Below are positions 28,971 through 38,789 of a stretch of 64,000 bases of DNA, piece after piece (position 1 is the stretch's first letter; every line of letters begins with the position of its first letter). Source of the stretch: Alphaproteobacteria bacterium (GTDB lineage Bacteria > Pseudomonadota > Alphaproteobacteria > SP197); the NCBI GenBank assembly GCA_965228895.1, contig OZ245842.1:672001-736000 (forward strand), read 5' to 3'. The translations under genes were made by a program, and so were the position numbers. The notes under the pieces are model-generated. The model ran no database searches, had not been told where the DNA came from, and saw nothing but the letters and a program-made list of their open reading frames with translations.

Positions 28971-29735
28971 ATGGCGTCGGTGACCAAGACGCGGCCTGAC
29001 GGTCACAAAACGTCGGCAGACAAGCCGACTTTCACGCGCATCAAGCCGGCAAGCCTGGCCGATGAAGTTGTCGAGCAGATTGTCGAGGCGATCGCCAATG
29101 GCGTCTTGCCGCCTGGTGAACGGCTGATCGAGACCGAGATCGCCAAGCAGCTCCACGTCAGTCGGGTGCCCGTGCGCGATGCGCTCCGCGCGCTGGAGAA
29201 ACAGGGTATCGTGGTTGTGACGCCGCATCGCGGCGCGCGTGTCATGGACATCGATCTCGATCTTTACCGGCAGGTTCAGGAGGTGCGCCTGGACCTGGAG
29301 CTTCGCGCCATCGCTGACTTTTGCGCTCGCCTTGCCGAGGATCCGGCGTACAGCAAGGAACTCGATAGGCATCTGGCTGAACTCGATGCCACGGTGGCCG
29401 CCAATGACCGCGATCATTACAACCAGCTTGACATCGAGTTCCACCGCTGGATTTGCCAATGCGCGCGCAATCATGTCGTCGCCACCCTGTGGGAGGCGTT
29501 GTCGCGACATTTGACGATCCTGCTCGGCCTGATGACAGAGGACTGGCAGGACATCAGGAAGTCACAGGGCGATCATCGAAAACTGGCGCGGCTGATGAAG
29601 GCCAACGATGTTGAGCGCGTCCGCGATCTGATGACCGATCACTTCTTCAAGGATATCGAGCGCGTCGACTACGATCCCGTCATCCACCGATTCACCATGC
29701 GTCCCGCGAAACGGCGGGCAAGACGTGGCCGGTAA
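28971..29735 (+). CDS. GntR-family (FCD) regulator
   Basis: PGERLIETEIAKQL.VSRVPVRDAL; D.EFH. Confidence 0.92.
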   Translation: MASVTKTRPDGHKTSADKPTFTRIKPASLADEVVEQIVEAIANGVLPPGERLIETEIAKQLHVSRVPVRDALRALEKQGIVVVTPHRGARVMDIDLDLYRQVQEVRLDLELRAIADFCARLAEDPAYSKELDRHLAELDATVAANDRDHYNQLDIEFHRWICQCARNHVVATLWEALSRHLTILLGLMTEDWQDIRKSQGDHRKLARLMKANDVERVRDLMTDHFFKDIERVDYDPVIHRFTMRPAKRRARRGR

Positions 29736-29742
29736 GGAAACG

Positions 29743-30585
29743 ATGACGTCTCTTTCAGGCAAGGTCGCGTGGGTGACCGGCGGTGGGACGGGGATGGGCC
29801 GGGCCACCGCGTTGAGGCTCGCCGAGGCGGGCGCCAACGTCGCCATCGGTTCATTGACGGAAGATCTTCGCGGCAACCTGGCCTCGGACCGTCAAACAGC
29901 CCTGACGCCATCCGTTGATCAGCTCACCGATACGGCCGCCGATCTGGAACGTCACGGGGTTCGCGCCTTGGCCATGCCGCTTGACGTGACCGACGATGCC
30001 TCGGTGCGCGACAGTTTCGACGCAGTTGTTCGGGAATTCGGCCCGGTCGACATCCTGATCAACGCCGCCGGAAATTCCGGCCGGCACCCGATCGTCGATC
30101 ATCCCGATACACTCTGGCACGCCATGCTGGATGTAAACCTGACGGGCCCTTACCGCACCACGAAGCTCTGCCTCCCCGGCATGATCGAGCGCGGTTGGGG
30201 GCGGGTCGTCAACTTCTCCTCGACTGCTGGATTGGTCGGCTCGCTCAACCACGCGGCTTATTGCGCGGCCAAATCCGGCTTGCTCGGCCTGACACGCTGT
30301 GTGGCGCAGGAGGGTGCGCCCCACGGCGTCACGTGCAACGCGATCTGTCCGGGTTGGGTGGCGACGGATCAGAACTACGTCGCCAGTTGTCAGGAGATGG
30401 AACTTGCCGGGGTCAAGGAGAAGACCGTTGAAGAGTTCCGCCAGATGATGGTCGAGAAGTGGGTGCCGCAGCGCCGCTTTCTGGAGACCGAGGAGGTTGG
30501 CGCCTTAGTGTCATTCCTGTGCGGCGAGGACGCGCGCGGCATAACTGGTGAGTCCTTGCGCATCTCCGGCGGTTCGCTTTGGTGA
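29743..30585 (+). CDS. Short-chain dehydrogenase/reductase
   Basis: TGGGTGMG, NAAG, YCAAK and NAICPG. Confidence 0.93.
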   Translation: MTSLSGKVAWVTGGGTGMGRATALRLAEAGANVAIGSLTEDLRGNLASDRQTALTPSVDQLTDTAADLERHGVRALAMPLDVTDDASVRDSFDAVVREFGPVDILINAAGNSGRHPIVDHPDTLWHAMLDVNLTGPYRTTKLCLPGMIERGWGRVVNFSSTAGLVGSLNHAAYCAAKSGLLGLTRCVAQEGAPHGVTCNAICPGWVATDQNYVASCQEMELAGVKEKTVEEFRQMMVEKWVPQRRFLETEEVGALVSFLCGEDARGITGESLRISGGSLW

Positions 30586-30663
30586 TATGATTTACGCCGC
30601 GAACAACGAAGGCGATTGCCACGTGCTGTTGGAGGTATTCCGTCAGCTATGCGATCGAAGACG

Positions 30664-31830
30664 ATGAACATCACTGGCATCGAAACCTTCTGTCTCGCCT
30701 GGCGCATGCCCTATCCGATCACCTATGCCAAGGGCGAGTACCAGGATCGCGAGGCGGTACTGGTCAAGGTAACGACCGACGATCCCGACATCGTCGGCTG
30801 GGGCGAGTCCGCCATGTGGGGTGGGCCGCACCCGGCGACCGTCGCCGTTATCGAACGGGAGATCGCGCCGCTCGTCATCGGCGAAGATCCACGCCGGCCC
30901 GAGCTGATCTGGGATAAGGTTTATCACGCGACCTACATGCACGGGCGCAAGGGCATGGTGATCGCCTGCCTTTCCGGCATCGACATCGCGTGCTGGGATA
31001 TCATGGGCAAGGCCGCCGGCCTGCCGCTTTGGCGCTTGCTGGGCGGTTATGGCAAGCCGATCACCTCCTATGCCTCCTCAGGCTACTACCGGCGCGACCA
31101 GTCGCTTGACGCTTTTGCCGCCGTTGTCGCGCAAGCACGCGACGAGGGTTTTCGCGGCTTCAAGATGAAGATTGGCAACATTCCCCAGGTCAACCACCAC
31201 GATGATGTGCCGTTGCGCCATTCGTTCGACGAGGACGTCGCGCGAATCCGCGCTGCGCGCGAGGCTATCGGCGCCGACCGCAATCTGATGGTCGACGGCA
31301 ACTGCGCACTGAACCCGCGTGTCGCGATGCGTTATGCGGAAGAACTGGAGCGGCTGAATGTCCGCTGGTTTGAGGAACCGGTTGAGCCGGAGAATGTTGC
31401 GGGATGTGTCGAGCTCGCGTCACGCACCCGCGTGCCGATCGCCGGTTTCGAGACCGAGACAACGGCCAAGACCTTCGCGCGTCTGATGGATGCCGGCGCA
31501 GTTCAGGTTGCCCAGCCCGACGTCGTGCAAGTCGGTGGTCTGACCGAGATGCGTAAGATCGCTGCCTACGCCCAGATGCGGCACCTCCCCGTGACCGGCA
31601 AGAACTACAGCACGTCACTCGGCCAGGCGGCGACACTTGCCGTGCTGCTGGCGGTGCCCAACGGTGACTATTTCGAATGGGAGTACGATCCGCTGCCATG
31701 GCGCGGCGAGGGTTTTCTGAAGGCGCCGTTCTTCGCCATCGATGATGGCTTGGTGACCGGCGTCGAAACGCCGGGGCTGGGCATTGATGTCGACGAGGGT
31801 AAACTCGCCGCCTGGCGCGTGACGCCCTAG
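30664..31830 (+). CDS. Mandelate racemase/muconate lactonizing enzyme family protein
   Basis: GWGE, SGIDIACWD, KMK, VDGN, FEEP, QPD and PGLGI. Confidence 0.92.
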   Translation: MNITGIETFCLAWRMPYPITYAKGEYQDREAVLVKVTTDDPDIVGWGESAMWGGPHPATVAVIEREIAPLVIGEDPRRPELIWDKVYHATYMHGRKGMVIACLSGIDIACWDIMGKAAGLPLWRLLGGYGKPITSYASSGYYRRDQSLDAFAAVVAQARDEGFRGFKMKIGNIPQVNHHDDVPLRHSFDEDVARIRAAREAIGADRNLMVDGNCALNPRVAMRYAEELERLNVRWFEEPVEPENVAGCVELASRTRVPIAGFETETTAKTFARLMDAGAVQVAQPDVVQVGGLTEMRKIAAYAQMRHLPVTGKNYSTSLGQAATLAVLLAVPNGDYFEWEYDPLPWRGEGFLKAPFFAIDDGLVTGVETPGLGIDVDEGKLAAWRVTP

Positions 31831-31853
31831 ATTAGACCCGAAGAGAGGGAACG

Positions 31854-32579
31854 ATGAGACTTGCCTTCTGGCTGATAGCCGATAGCCAGGTTGCTTGCGA
31901 GGTCGCAGCCAAATGCGGTTATGACATCGTTTTGCTCGACTTGGAGCACGGCGTGTTGGACGTCCAGGCGCTCGACCGGCTGGTGCCGTTCTGTCGGGCG
32001 ATCGGCCTTGCCGTTTATGCGCGCGTTGCGGCTGCGGAGCGGGTGCCGGTTCAGCATGCCCTGGATGTCGGCGCCGACGGCGTGATCCTGCCGCAAATTC
32101 AAAATGTCGCCCATGCGCGGGAAGTCACGGCCTATGCCAAGTACCCGCCGGCCGGTACGCGCGGCATGGGGTTCAGCCGCATTCAGGGCTATGCCGGTGT
32201 CGGCGACGACTTTGCGCCTTCAGAGAACAAACGAACCTTGTGCTTTCCGATGATCGAGACCCCCGGCGCGCTCGCCGACTGCGAGGCGATTGCCGGGCTC
32301 GATACGGTCGATGGTTTGTTCGTTGGACCAAGCGATCTTGGCATGACACGCGGCCGCGGCCAGGATCAGTGGAGCCAGGAAGGCATCGACGACATCCGCA
32401 AGGCCGCTGACGCGGCGAAGAAGGCCGGCAAGCGGTTCGCGACGACCGGTGCGGAATCCCAGGTGGCTCGCGCCTTCGGTGACGAGGTCGGCGCGGACTT
32501 CATGTCCGCCGGTGACGACCTCTCGGCGCTCGTCATTGGCTTCGAAGGGCTCATCACGATGGCGCGCGAGCCCGCGTAG
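31854..32579 (+). CDS. HpcH/HpaI class II pyruvate aldolase
   Basis: DLEHG, LD.GA.G, YPP.G.RG, MIET and VGPSDL. Confidence 0.9.
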   Translation: MRLAFWLIADSQVACEVAAKCGYDIVLLDLEHGVLDVQALDRLVPFCRAIGLAVYARVAAAERVPVQHALDVGADGVILPQIQNVAHAREVTAYAKYPPAGTRGMGFSRIQGYAGVGDDFAPSENKRTLCFPMIETPGALADCEAIAGLDTVDGLFVGPSDLGMTRGRGQDQWSQEGIDDIRKAADAAKKAGKRFATTGAESQVARAFGDEVGADFMSAGDDLSALVIGFEGLITMAREPA

Positions 32580-32635
32580 CGGGGATAGGGCCCGCCATCG
32601 TGACGGACCATGTTGTCTCATGGCCCGTTGCGCGG

Positions 32636-34324
32636 TCATCCCCCTCTGTGCTTGAAACTGTCGCGCCGGAAGCTATAGAGCGCCGCCGGGTCGACCGCGA
32701 CATCGACAACCGCCGGTTTGCCGCATTGAAGCGCCGCCTCGACGGCCTCGCCCAACTCGCCGATGCGTTCGACACGAAAACCCGCTGCGCCATAAAGTTC
32801 GGCTGCCTTGTCGAAGGGCGGGCTGCTGACGTCGGCGCCGATATAGCGTTCGCCGAAGAAGTCGCGCTGATACGCTTTCTCCGCGCCCCAGCACTTGTTG
32901 TTCATAACGACGGTGACCGTGTTGATGCCATGGTCGACGGCGGTGCTGAGTTCGGAGATGGTCATGCCGAAACCGCCATCGCCCATCAGGCTGACGACCG
33001 GCCGCTCGGGGCGGCCGATTTTGATGCCGAGACCACAGGCGAATGAAAAGCCGACCAGGCCGAAGTCGAGCGGCGTGAAGAGGCTCGGCGGCTCCCAGTA
33101 GTTCAAGGCGTCCGTTGCCTGCAGGCAGAGCGTGCCGGCATCCAGCGTGATCGCGGCATCGCGCGGCAGGACGTCGCGCAGGACCTTGAAGAGGCCGGAC
33201 GGTTGGATCGGATGGGCATCGGTCGCCGCGTCGGCGTCCCGTTTTTTCAGGTAGGCCGCGCGCTCACTCGCGAACTGTTTTGTCCACGCTTCGACTTCCG
33301 CGCGCTTTGCCTGGTTGGCGACGGCGTCGCGCAACTGCAGCGCCGCCGTCGGTGCGTCCGCCCAGATACCGACGGCAACCGGGAAGTAGCGGCCTATGGC
33401 GGTCGGCTCCAGCTCAGTCTGGATGATCGCCGCCTTCTCGTTGATGTTGTCGTACGAATAGAACGTCGAGTTGAAACCCAGCCGTGTGCCAAGCGCCAGG
33501 ATGACATCCGCTTCCTTGGCCAGCCGTGACGCGACAGGATTGCCGCGCGGCCCCATCTGGCCGGCATTCAACGGATGGCCGAAGGGAATGGCGTCGCCAT
33601 GGCCGGGTGCGGTGACAACCGGCGCATTCAAAGCCTCGGCGAGCTCGAGGGCTTCGGCGTGACCGCCGGTATTCTTGATGCCGCCGCCGGCGACGATGAC
33701 CGGCCGTTCCGCGCCGCGCATCAGGTCGGCCGCCTGCTGGATCGCTTCTGCCGCGCCGGCGGGCACATGATGCGAGCGGTATGATGCGGGATCCTGGAAG
33801 GGCGGAAAGTCAGCAGTCGCCGACAACACGTCGCGCGGCAGGTTGAGCTGCACGGGGCCACGCCGGGGCGTCATGGCGACACGAAAGGCCTCGCGAAACA
33901 TCTCGGGCACGCGGTCCACCTGGGTCGCCGTCCAGGTCTTCTTGGTGACCGGGGTGAACAGCGCCTGCTGGTCGACCTCCTGAAAGGCATCGCGGTAGAC
34001 GTGGCCGGAAGAGAGCGATCCGGCGATCGAGACGACCGGCGAAAAAGCCGCGGCGGCTTGGCCCAGGCCCGTGACCAGATTGGTTGCGCCCGGGCCGTTC
34101 TGCCCGGCCAGGATGACGCCCGCCCGCCCCGTCGCGCGCGCATAACCGTCGGCCATGTGGGTGCCGGTGCGTTCGTCATGCACCCCAATGAAACTGATCT
34201 CCGGTGCATCGTAGAGCGCATCGAAAATCTCCATGGTCGCCGAGCCGATCAGGCCGAACACGTGCTCGACCTTTTCGGCCTTCAGCGCTTCGACGGCGGC
34301 TTGGCCGCCAGACAGTTTCTTCAT
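32636..34324 (-). CDS. ThDP-dependent enzyme, sulfoacetaldehyde acetyltransferase (Xsc)-like
   Basis: FGLIGSA, QNGPG.TN, FQE.DQ, GDGGFGM...NN and WGAEK motifs. Confidence 0.8.
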   Translation of the reverse strand: MKKLSGGQAAVEALKAEKVEHVFGLIGSATMEIFDALYDAPEISFIGVHDERTGTHMADGYARATGRAGVILAGQNGPGATNLVTGLGQAAAAFSPVVSIAGSLSSGHVYRDAFQEVDQQALFTPVTKKTWTATQVDRVPEMFREAFRVAMTPRRGPVQLNLPRDVLSATADFPPFQDPASYRSHHVPAGAAEAIQQAADLMRGAERPVIVAGGGIKNTGGHAEALELAEALNAPVVTAPGHGDAIPFGHPLNAGQMGPRGNPVASRLAKEADVILALGTRLGFNSTFYSYDNINEKAAIIQTELEPTAIGRYFPVAVGIWADAPTAALQLRDAVANQAKRAEVEAWTKQFASERAAYLKKRDADAATDAHPIQPSGLFKVLRDVLPRDAAITLDAGTLCLQATDALNYWEPPSLFTPLDFGLVGFSFACGLGIKIGRPERPVVSLMGDGGFGMTISELSTAVDHGINTVTVVMNNKCWGAEKAYQRDFFGERYIGADVSSPPFDKAAELYGAAGFRVERIGELGEAVEAALQCGKPAVVDVAVDPAALYSFRRDSFKHRGG

Positions 34325-34358
34325 GCCGGTCTTCCTTATCACGAACGGGGGCGGTGCA

Positions 34359-35156
34359 TCAGGACAGTGTCTCGCCCAGGAACCGCAAAATGGGATCGGT
34401 AAAAAGCTCGGGCTCCTCGGCAAGCCCCATGTGCTGGAGGTGCGGCACGATGACGGTCTGTGCGCCTGCAATTTCGCCCGCGATCGCGTACGACATGGCC
34501 GGTGTGCTGCCGGTGTCGTTCTCGGTGGTGATGACGAGCGTGGGCGCGGTAATCGGTGGGTCCGGTCGGATCAGCTCGATCACACCCTGGGCCAGCACCT
34601 GGCGGGCCTGGGCGTAGACGTCCGCGTCATTGGCCAGGATCCATTGCCGGGCAAGCGCGATAATCTCCGGCTGTTTTTCGCGAAAGCCGGGCGTGAACCA
34701 ACGCGCGATCGACGTGTCGAGATTGGCCGCCGGACCGCCGGCGGCCGTGTCGGCGGCGCGGTCCTCGACCAGCTTTTGCGCTTCAGGGCTGCGCTCGTGG
34801 GGCGAGTTGAGGATGGCAAGCGCAGAGGCCCGATCGGGATAATCCATGACGAAGCGCCGGTTGATCATGCCGCCGAGCGAATAGCCGACGACAGCCGCCT
34901 TGCCGATACCCAGGTGGTCGAGCAGAGCGCGCAGCTGACTTGCAAACACCGGTAAGGAAAGCACGGCGCCGGCCCGCGCACTTTCGCCATGGCCACAGAG
35001 GTCATAGCTGATCACGCGGTAGCGTTCTGCCAGCGCCGGAAGGTGCCATTGCCACATGTGTCGGTTCATGCCGAGACCGTGGATCAGCACAACGACCGGT
35101 TTGGTCTGAGGACCATCAATGCTGAAAGCGGTCCCGTCGTTGGTGCGTCCGGTCAT
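34359..35156 (-). CDS. Alpha/beta hydrolase (TgnD / enol-lactonase-like)
   Basis: HGLG, D..GHG.S, GYSLGG nucleophile elbow and late His. Confidence 0.88.
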   Translation of the reverse strand: MTGRTNDGTAFSIDGPQTKPVVVLIHGLGMNRHMWQWHLPALAERYRVISYDLCGHGESARAGAVLSLPVFASQLRALLDHLGIGKAAVVGYSLGGMINRRFVMDYPDRASALAILNSPHERSPEAQKLVEDRAADTAAGGPAANLDTSIARWFTPGFREKQPEIIALARQWILANDADVYAQARQVLAQGVIELIRPDPPITAPTLVITTENDTGSTPAMSYAIAGEIAGAQTVIVPHLQHMGLAEEPELFTDPILRFLGETLS

Positions 35157-35187
35157 CGTGTTCTTTCTGCCCTATCCGCTTCGGCGA

Positions 35188-36225
35188 TCAGGCGAAGGCG
35201 GGGATGACCTCGGAACAGAAGAGCTCGAGCGAGCGTTTTTGTTCCTTCAGGCCAAGACCCATGCTGGCGTAGTAGACAAACTCGTCGACGCCCAGGTCCT
35301 CATAGCGCTTCAGCTTGGCGATCACCTCGTCCGGCGTGCCGAACATCAGGTTCTCGCTGAGCATCTTGGGATCGTATTCGTCACGGTTGCCCAGCTCGTC
35401 GAACGGGATCGACTTGGGGAAACCATCGTCGACGTCACCGAGATTCTTGAACAGGTTCTCGAACTGACTGAGTTGCCGCTGTGCTGCTTTTACGGGTACT
35501 TCCCACTCGTCCTTGCTGTCGTAGACGGCGGTATGGCGCATCATCGCGAAGATCGGCCGGGTAGCGCCCGGATGGGCATCCATCGCTTCGTCGAGGCGGG
35601 ATTTGTAAAGCTCGGCCTCCGAGAACGGACGGGTGAGTGGCCACGACACGATGTGGCAACCGTGCTTGACCGCGTAGTCATAGGTGATCGGCGCGCGCGC
35701 CGCGACCCAGATCGGCGGATGCGGCTTTTGCAACGGCTTTGGCACCGAGGTCGATGTCGGGAACGTCCAGAATTCGCCGTCGTGTTCGTAGTCGCCGGCC
35801 CACAGCGCCTTCAATGCCGGTAGCATTTCGTGCATGTAGCGCCAGCCGTCGGTCTGTTTGAGGCCTGGCTGCATGCGGTCGAATTCGCGCTGATAGGCGC
35901 CCGAACCGATGCCGAACTCCAGCCGGCCGCCGCTGATCAGATCGACAAAGGCGGCCTCTCCCGCCAGCTCGATGGGATGCCAATAGGGCGCGACGACAAC
36001 CGCTGTGCCCAGCCGGATACGGTCCGTGTGATCGGCCCACCAGGTCAGGATCGTGAACGGATTGGGCGCGATGGTCATTTCCAGCGCGTGGTGCTCGGCC
36101 GCCCAGGCAATGTTGAAGCCGCCCTGATCGGCCATCTGGACCATTTCGAGCGTATGGCGCGCAACCTCGGCCATGTCCTGGCTGTCGTCCATGCGTTCCA
36201 TGTTGATGGCGATCTGAAATTTCAT
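35188..36225 (-). CDS. LLM-class flavin-dependent monooxygenase (TgnB-like)
   Basis: EHHA.E.TIAPNPF, WHPI.LAGEAA, GDY.HDGEFW.FPTSTSVPKP.Q.PHPP. Confidence 0.88.
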   Translation of the reverse strand: MKFQIAINMERMDDSQDMAEVARHTLEMVQMADQGGFNIAWAAEHHALEMTIAPNPFTILTWWADHTDRIRLGTAVVVAPYWHPIELAGEAAFVDLISGGRLEFGIGSGAYQREFDRMQPGLKQTDGWRYMHEMLPALKALWAGDYEHDGEFWTFPTSTSVPKPLQKPHPPIWVAARAPITYDYAVKHGCHIVSWPLTRPFSEAELYKSRLDEAMDAHPGATRPIFAMMRHTAVYDSKDEWEVPVKAAQRQLSQFENLFKNLGDVDDGFPKSIPFDELGNRDEYDPKMLSENLMFGTPDEVIAKLKRYEDLGVDEFVYYASMGLGLKEQKRSLELFCSEVIPAFA

Positions 36226-36333
36226 GGCGTTCCCTTTCTCCCTAACAAGGCTCGACTTGGCGTCGAACCGCTCTAGCCTCCGGCGCGACCTTTGACCAGC
36301 CCTTCCGCGCGATCACGGTGCCGACGAACCCCA

Positions 36334-37815
36334 TCACCGTGCAACAAACTGGCTGCCGAGCGGCTCATCGGACGTGTTCATCCACACGGTCTTGGGCCGG
36401 GTGTAGTCGTGCATGGCCTGCAGCCCGCTTTCGCGGCCATAGCCTGAACCTTTGACGCCGCCGAACTCGGCGATGGGCGAGACCGCACGGTAGGTGTTGA
36501 CCCAGACAATGCCGGCTTTGACGGCGCGCGCCATCCTGAGCGATCGCGCGCTGTCGCGGGTAAAAATGCCGGCGGCCAGGCCGTGTTTGGTGTCGTTGGC
36601 CAGGCGGATGACATCGGCTTCGTCCTTGAACCGAAGGACACTCAAGACCGGCCCAAAGAGCTCAGTATCGACGATCCGCAAGTCCTGGCGCGGGCAGGCG
36701 ATGATCGTCGGTTCGTAATACAGGCCTTCCAGACCTTGGGGACGCTTGCCGCCGCACAGGAGCTCTCCGCCTTCGATCTGTGCCTGGGCGACCTCTCGCT
36801 CGATCATGTCGAGCTGCGCTTGGGTGCAAATCGGACCCATCTGCGTTTCGTCGGCCAGCGGGTCGCCGATCACAATTCGACCAGCCTGCGCGACCATGCG
36901 TTCAAGGAAGGTGTCGGCAATGCCTTCCTGCAAGTAGAGCCTGGAGCCGGCCACGCAGCTCTGGCCCGCTGCGCCGAAGATGCCGGATATGGCGCCGTTG
37001 ACCGCGCTTTCCAGGTTGACGTCATCGAACACGATGAAGGGCGACTTGCCGCCCAGTTCCAACGACACCTCGGCAAAGTTGTTGGTCGAGTTGTGGAGGA
37101 CATGCTGGGCGGCGATCGGGCCGCCGGTGAACGAGATGCGTGCGACCAGCGGATGTGAGGTGAGCACCCGGCCGCAGGGATCGCCATGGCCGGTCACGAT
37201 GTTGACGACGCCGGGCGGGATGCCCGCCTGGTCGATCAAACGGCCGAACGTCAGCATTGCCGCCGACGCATGCTCCGATGCCTTCAGCACGATCGTGTTG
37301 CCGGCGGCGAGTGCCGGACCAATCTTGACCGCGCTCAGAAAGAGCTGCGAGTTCCATGGCACCACCGCCGCGACGACTCCGAGCGGCTCGCGGTCGGTGA
37401 AGACGAACATGTCGGGCTTGTCGATGGGCAGCGTTTCGCCGCTCACCTTGTCGGCGCAGCCGGCGTAGAAATGAAAGAACTCGGCGATGTACTGAGCCTG
37501 CCAGCGGGTTTCCTTGAACAGCTTGCCGGTATCGATGGCCTCGATCCGTCCGAGCTCTTCGGACGTCTCCGCCAACAGATCGGCCAGGCGGCGCAGGCAG
37601 TGGCCGCGCTGGGTCGGGGTCATGGTTGCCCATGGTCCGTCGTTGAAGGCGCGATCGGCGGCGCGCACCGCGCGGTCGACATCGTCGGCGGTCGCCTCGG
37701 GAACCCTTGACCAGATTTCGCCAGTCGCCGGGTTGATGCTGTCGAACGCCGCGCCGTCGGACGCGTCCACCCACACACCATCGATCAGCATCTGAAAGGC
37801 CTGAACATCGGCCAT
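36334..37815 (-). CDS. Aldehyde dehydrogenase (TgnC-like)
   Basis: PWNSQLFLS, FTGG, LELGGKSP, GQSC and ELFGPV; GGAGG RBS before ATG 37815. Confidence 0.92.
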   Translation of the reverse strand: MADVQAFQMLIDGVWVDASDGAAFDSINPATGEIWSRVPEATADDVDRAVRAADRAFNDGPWATMTPTQRGHCLRRLADLLAETSEELGRIEAIDTGKLFKETRWQAQYIAEFFHFYAGCADKVSGETLPIDKPDMFVFTDREPLGVVAAVVPWNSQLFLSAVKIGPALAAGNTIVLKASEHASAAMLTFGRLIDQAGIPPGVVNIVTGHGDPCGRVLTSHPLVARISFTGGPIAAQHVLHNSTNNFAEVSLELGGKSPFIVFDDVNLESAVNGAISGIFGAAGQSCVAGSRLYLQEGIADTFLERMVAQAGRIVIGDPLADETQMGPICTQAQLDMIEREVAQAQIEGGELLCGGKRPQGLEGLYYEPTIIACPRQDLRIVDTELFGPVLSVLRFKDEADVIRLANDTKHGLAAGIFTRDSARSLRMARAVKAGIVWVNTYRAVSPIAEFGGVKGSGYGRESGLQAMHDYTRPKTVWMNTSDEPLGSQFVAR

Positions 37816-37882
37816 GGAAGCGTCCTCCGCCACGATTCGCCTGTGGCGGCAATCTGGCGGGAACTCATAGTTTTGTGAAACG

Positions 37883-37916
37883 AAATATATTGTATATTTA
37901 GTTCGATAAAGTCGAA
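37883..37916. promoter_or_regulatory. LysR-type divergent control region
   Basis: AT-rich dyad AAATATATTGTATATTT and T-N11-A dyad TTCGATAAAGTCGAA (37902-37916). Confidence 0.6.
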
Positions 37917-37933
37917 TTCTCGGAGGTGGATCG

Positions 37934-38770
37934 ATGAATATGACGGGGCTTCAAACGTTTCTCGCGATTGTCGAAACCGGGAGCCTGGTCCGCGCGTCCG
38001 AGCAGCTGAACGTCGCCCAATCGACCGTGACCGCAAGGTTGAATGCGCTGGAAGCCGATCTGGGTCAAAGCCTATTGCATCGTCAAAAGTCCGGCGCGGC
38101 GCTGACCGCATCCGGCGTCAAATTCAAGCGCTACGCGGAGGTGATGACGGAGCTTTGGCGCCAGGCGCGCCAGGAAACGTCGCTGCCGGCCGGCATTGAG
38201 ACCGTCTGCAACATCGGCTGCGACATGGATCTGTGGCCGGTGCTGGGCCGCCGGTTCTTTGGCGACATCGTCGACGGTCATCCGGAAACGGCTCTATCCG
38301 TCCTACCCGGCGGTCCGGCGGATCTCGACCGATGGCTTGGCACCGGTTTGGTTGACGCAGTACTCAGCTATCAACCGACCGCGCGCGAGAACCAGACGGT
38401 TGTCGCGCTGCGCAACGAGCGTCTGGTCCTGGTGTCGACAAGGCCCGACAGCCCGATCCGCTTCGACCCCGGCTATGTCTATGTCGACGCGGGCGAGGAT
38501 TTTGGCCGCCGTCATGCGGCAGCCTACGCCGATGCCGACACCGCCACGATCAGTTTCGGCTGCGCGGTTTGGGCGCTCGACCATCTGTTGGAGCACGGTG
38601 GATCAGCCTATCTGCCTGAAAGCCTCGCTGCATCAGACCTCGCCGTCGGCAGGCTGCACCTTATCGACGGCGCGCCGGTCTTTTCGCGCACCGCCTACCT
38701 CATCACCAACGATGCGGCCGCCGCCGACTGGCCCTGGTTGCCAGCGCTTGTCGATCGGCTCTCGGCGTAG
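37934..38770 (+). CDS. LysR-family regulator
   Basis: N-terminal HTH GSLVRASEQLNVAQSTVTARL..LE. Confidence 0.92.
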   Translation: MNMTGLQTFLAIVETGSLVRASEQLNVAQSTVTARLNALEADLGQSLLHRQKSGAALTASGVKFKRYAEVMTELWRQARQETSLPAGIETVCNIGCDMDLWPVLGRRFFGDIVDGHPETALSVLPGGPADLDRWLGTGLVDAVLSYQPTARENQTVVALRNERLVLVSTRPDSPIRFDPGYVYVDAGEDFGRRHAAAYADADTATISFGCAVWALDHLLEHGGSAYLPESLAASDLAVGRLHLIDGAPVFSRTAYLITNDAAAADWPWLPALVDRLSA

Positions 38771-38789
38771 GCCGTGAATTCGCCTGCGG

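Noticed and set aside
32636-34324. Assigning xsc or acetolactate synthase
   Set aside because: Only Xsc-like motifs; no pta, tauXY or ilvH neighbours
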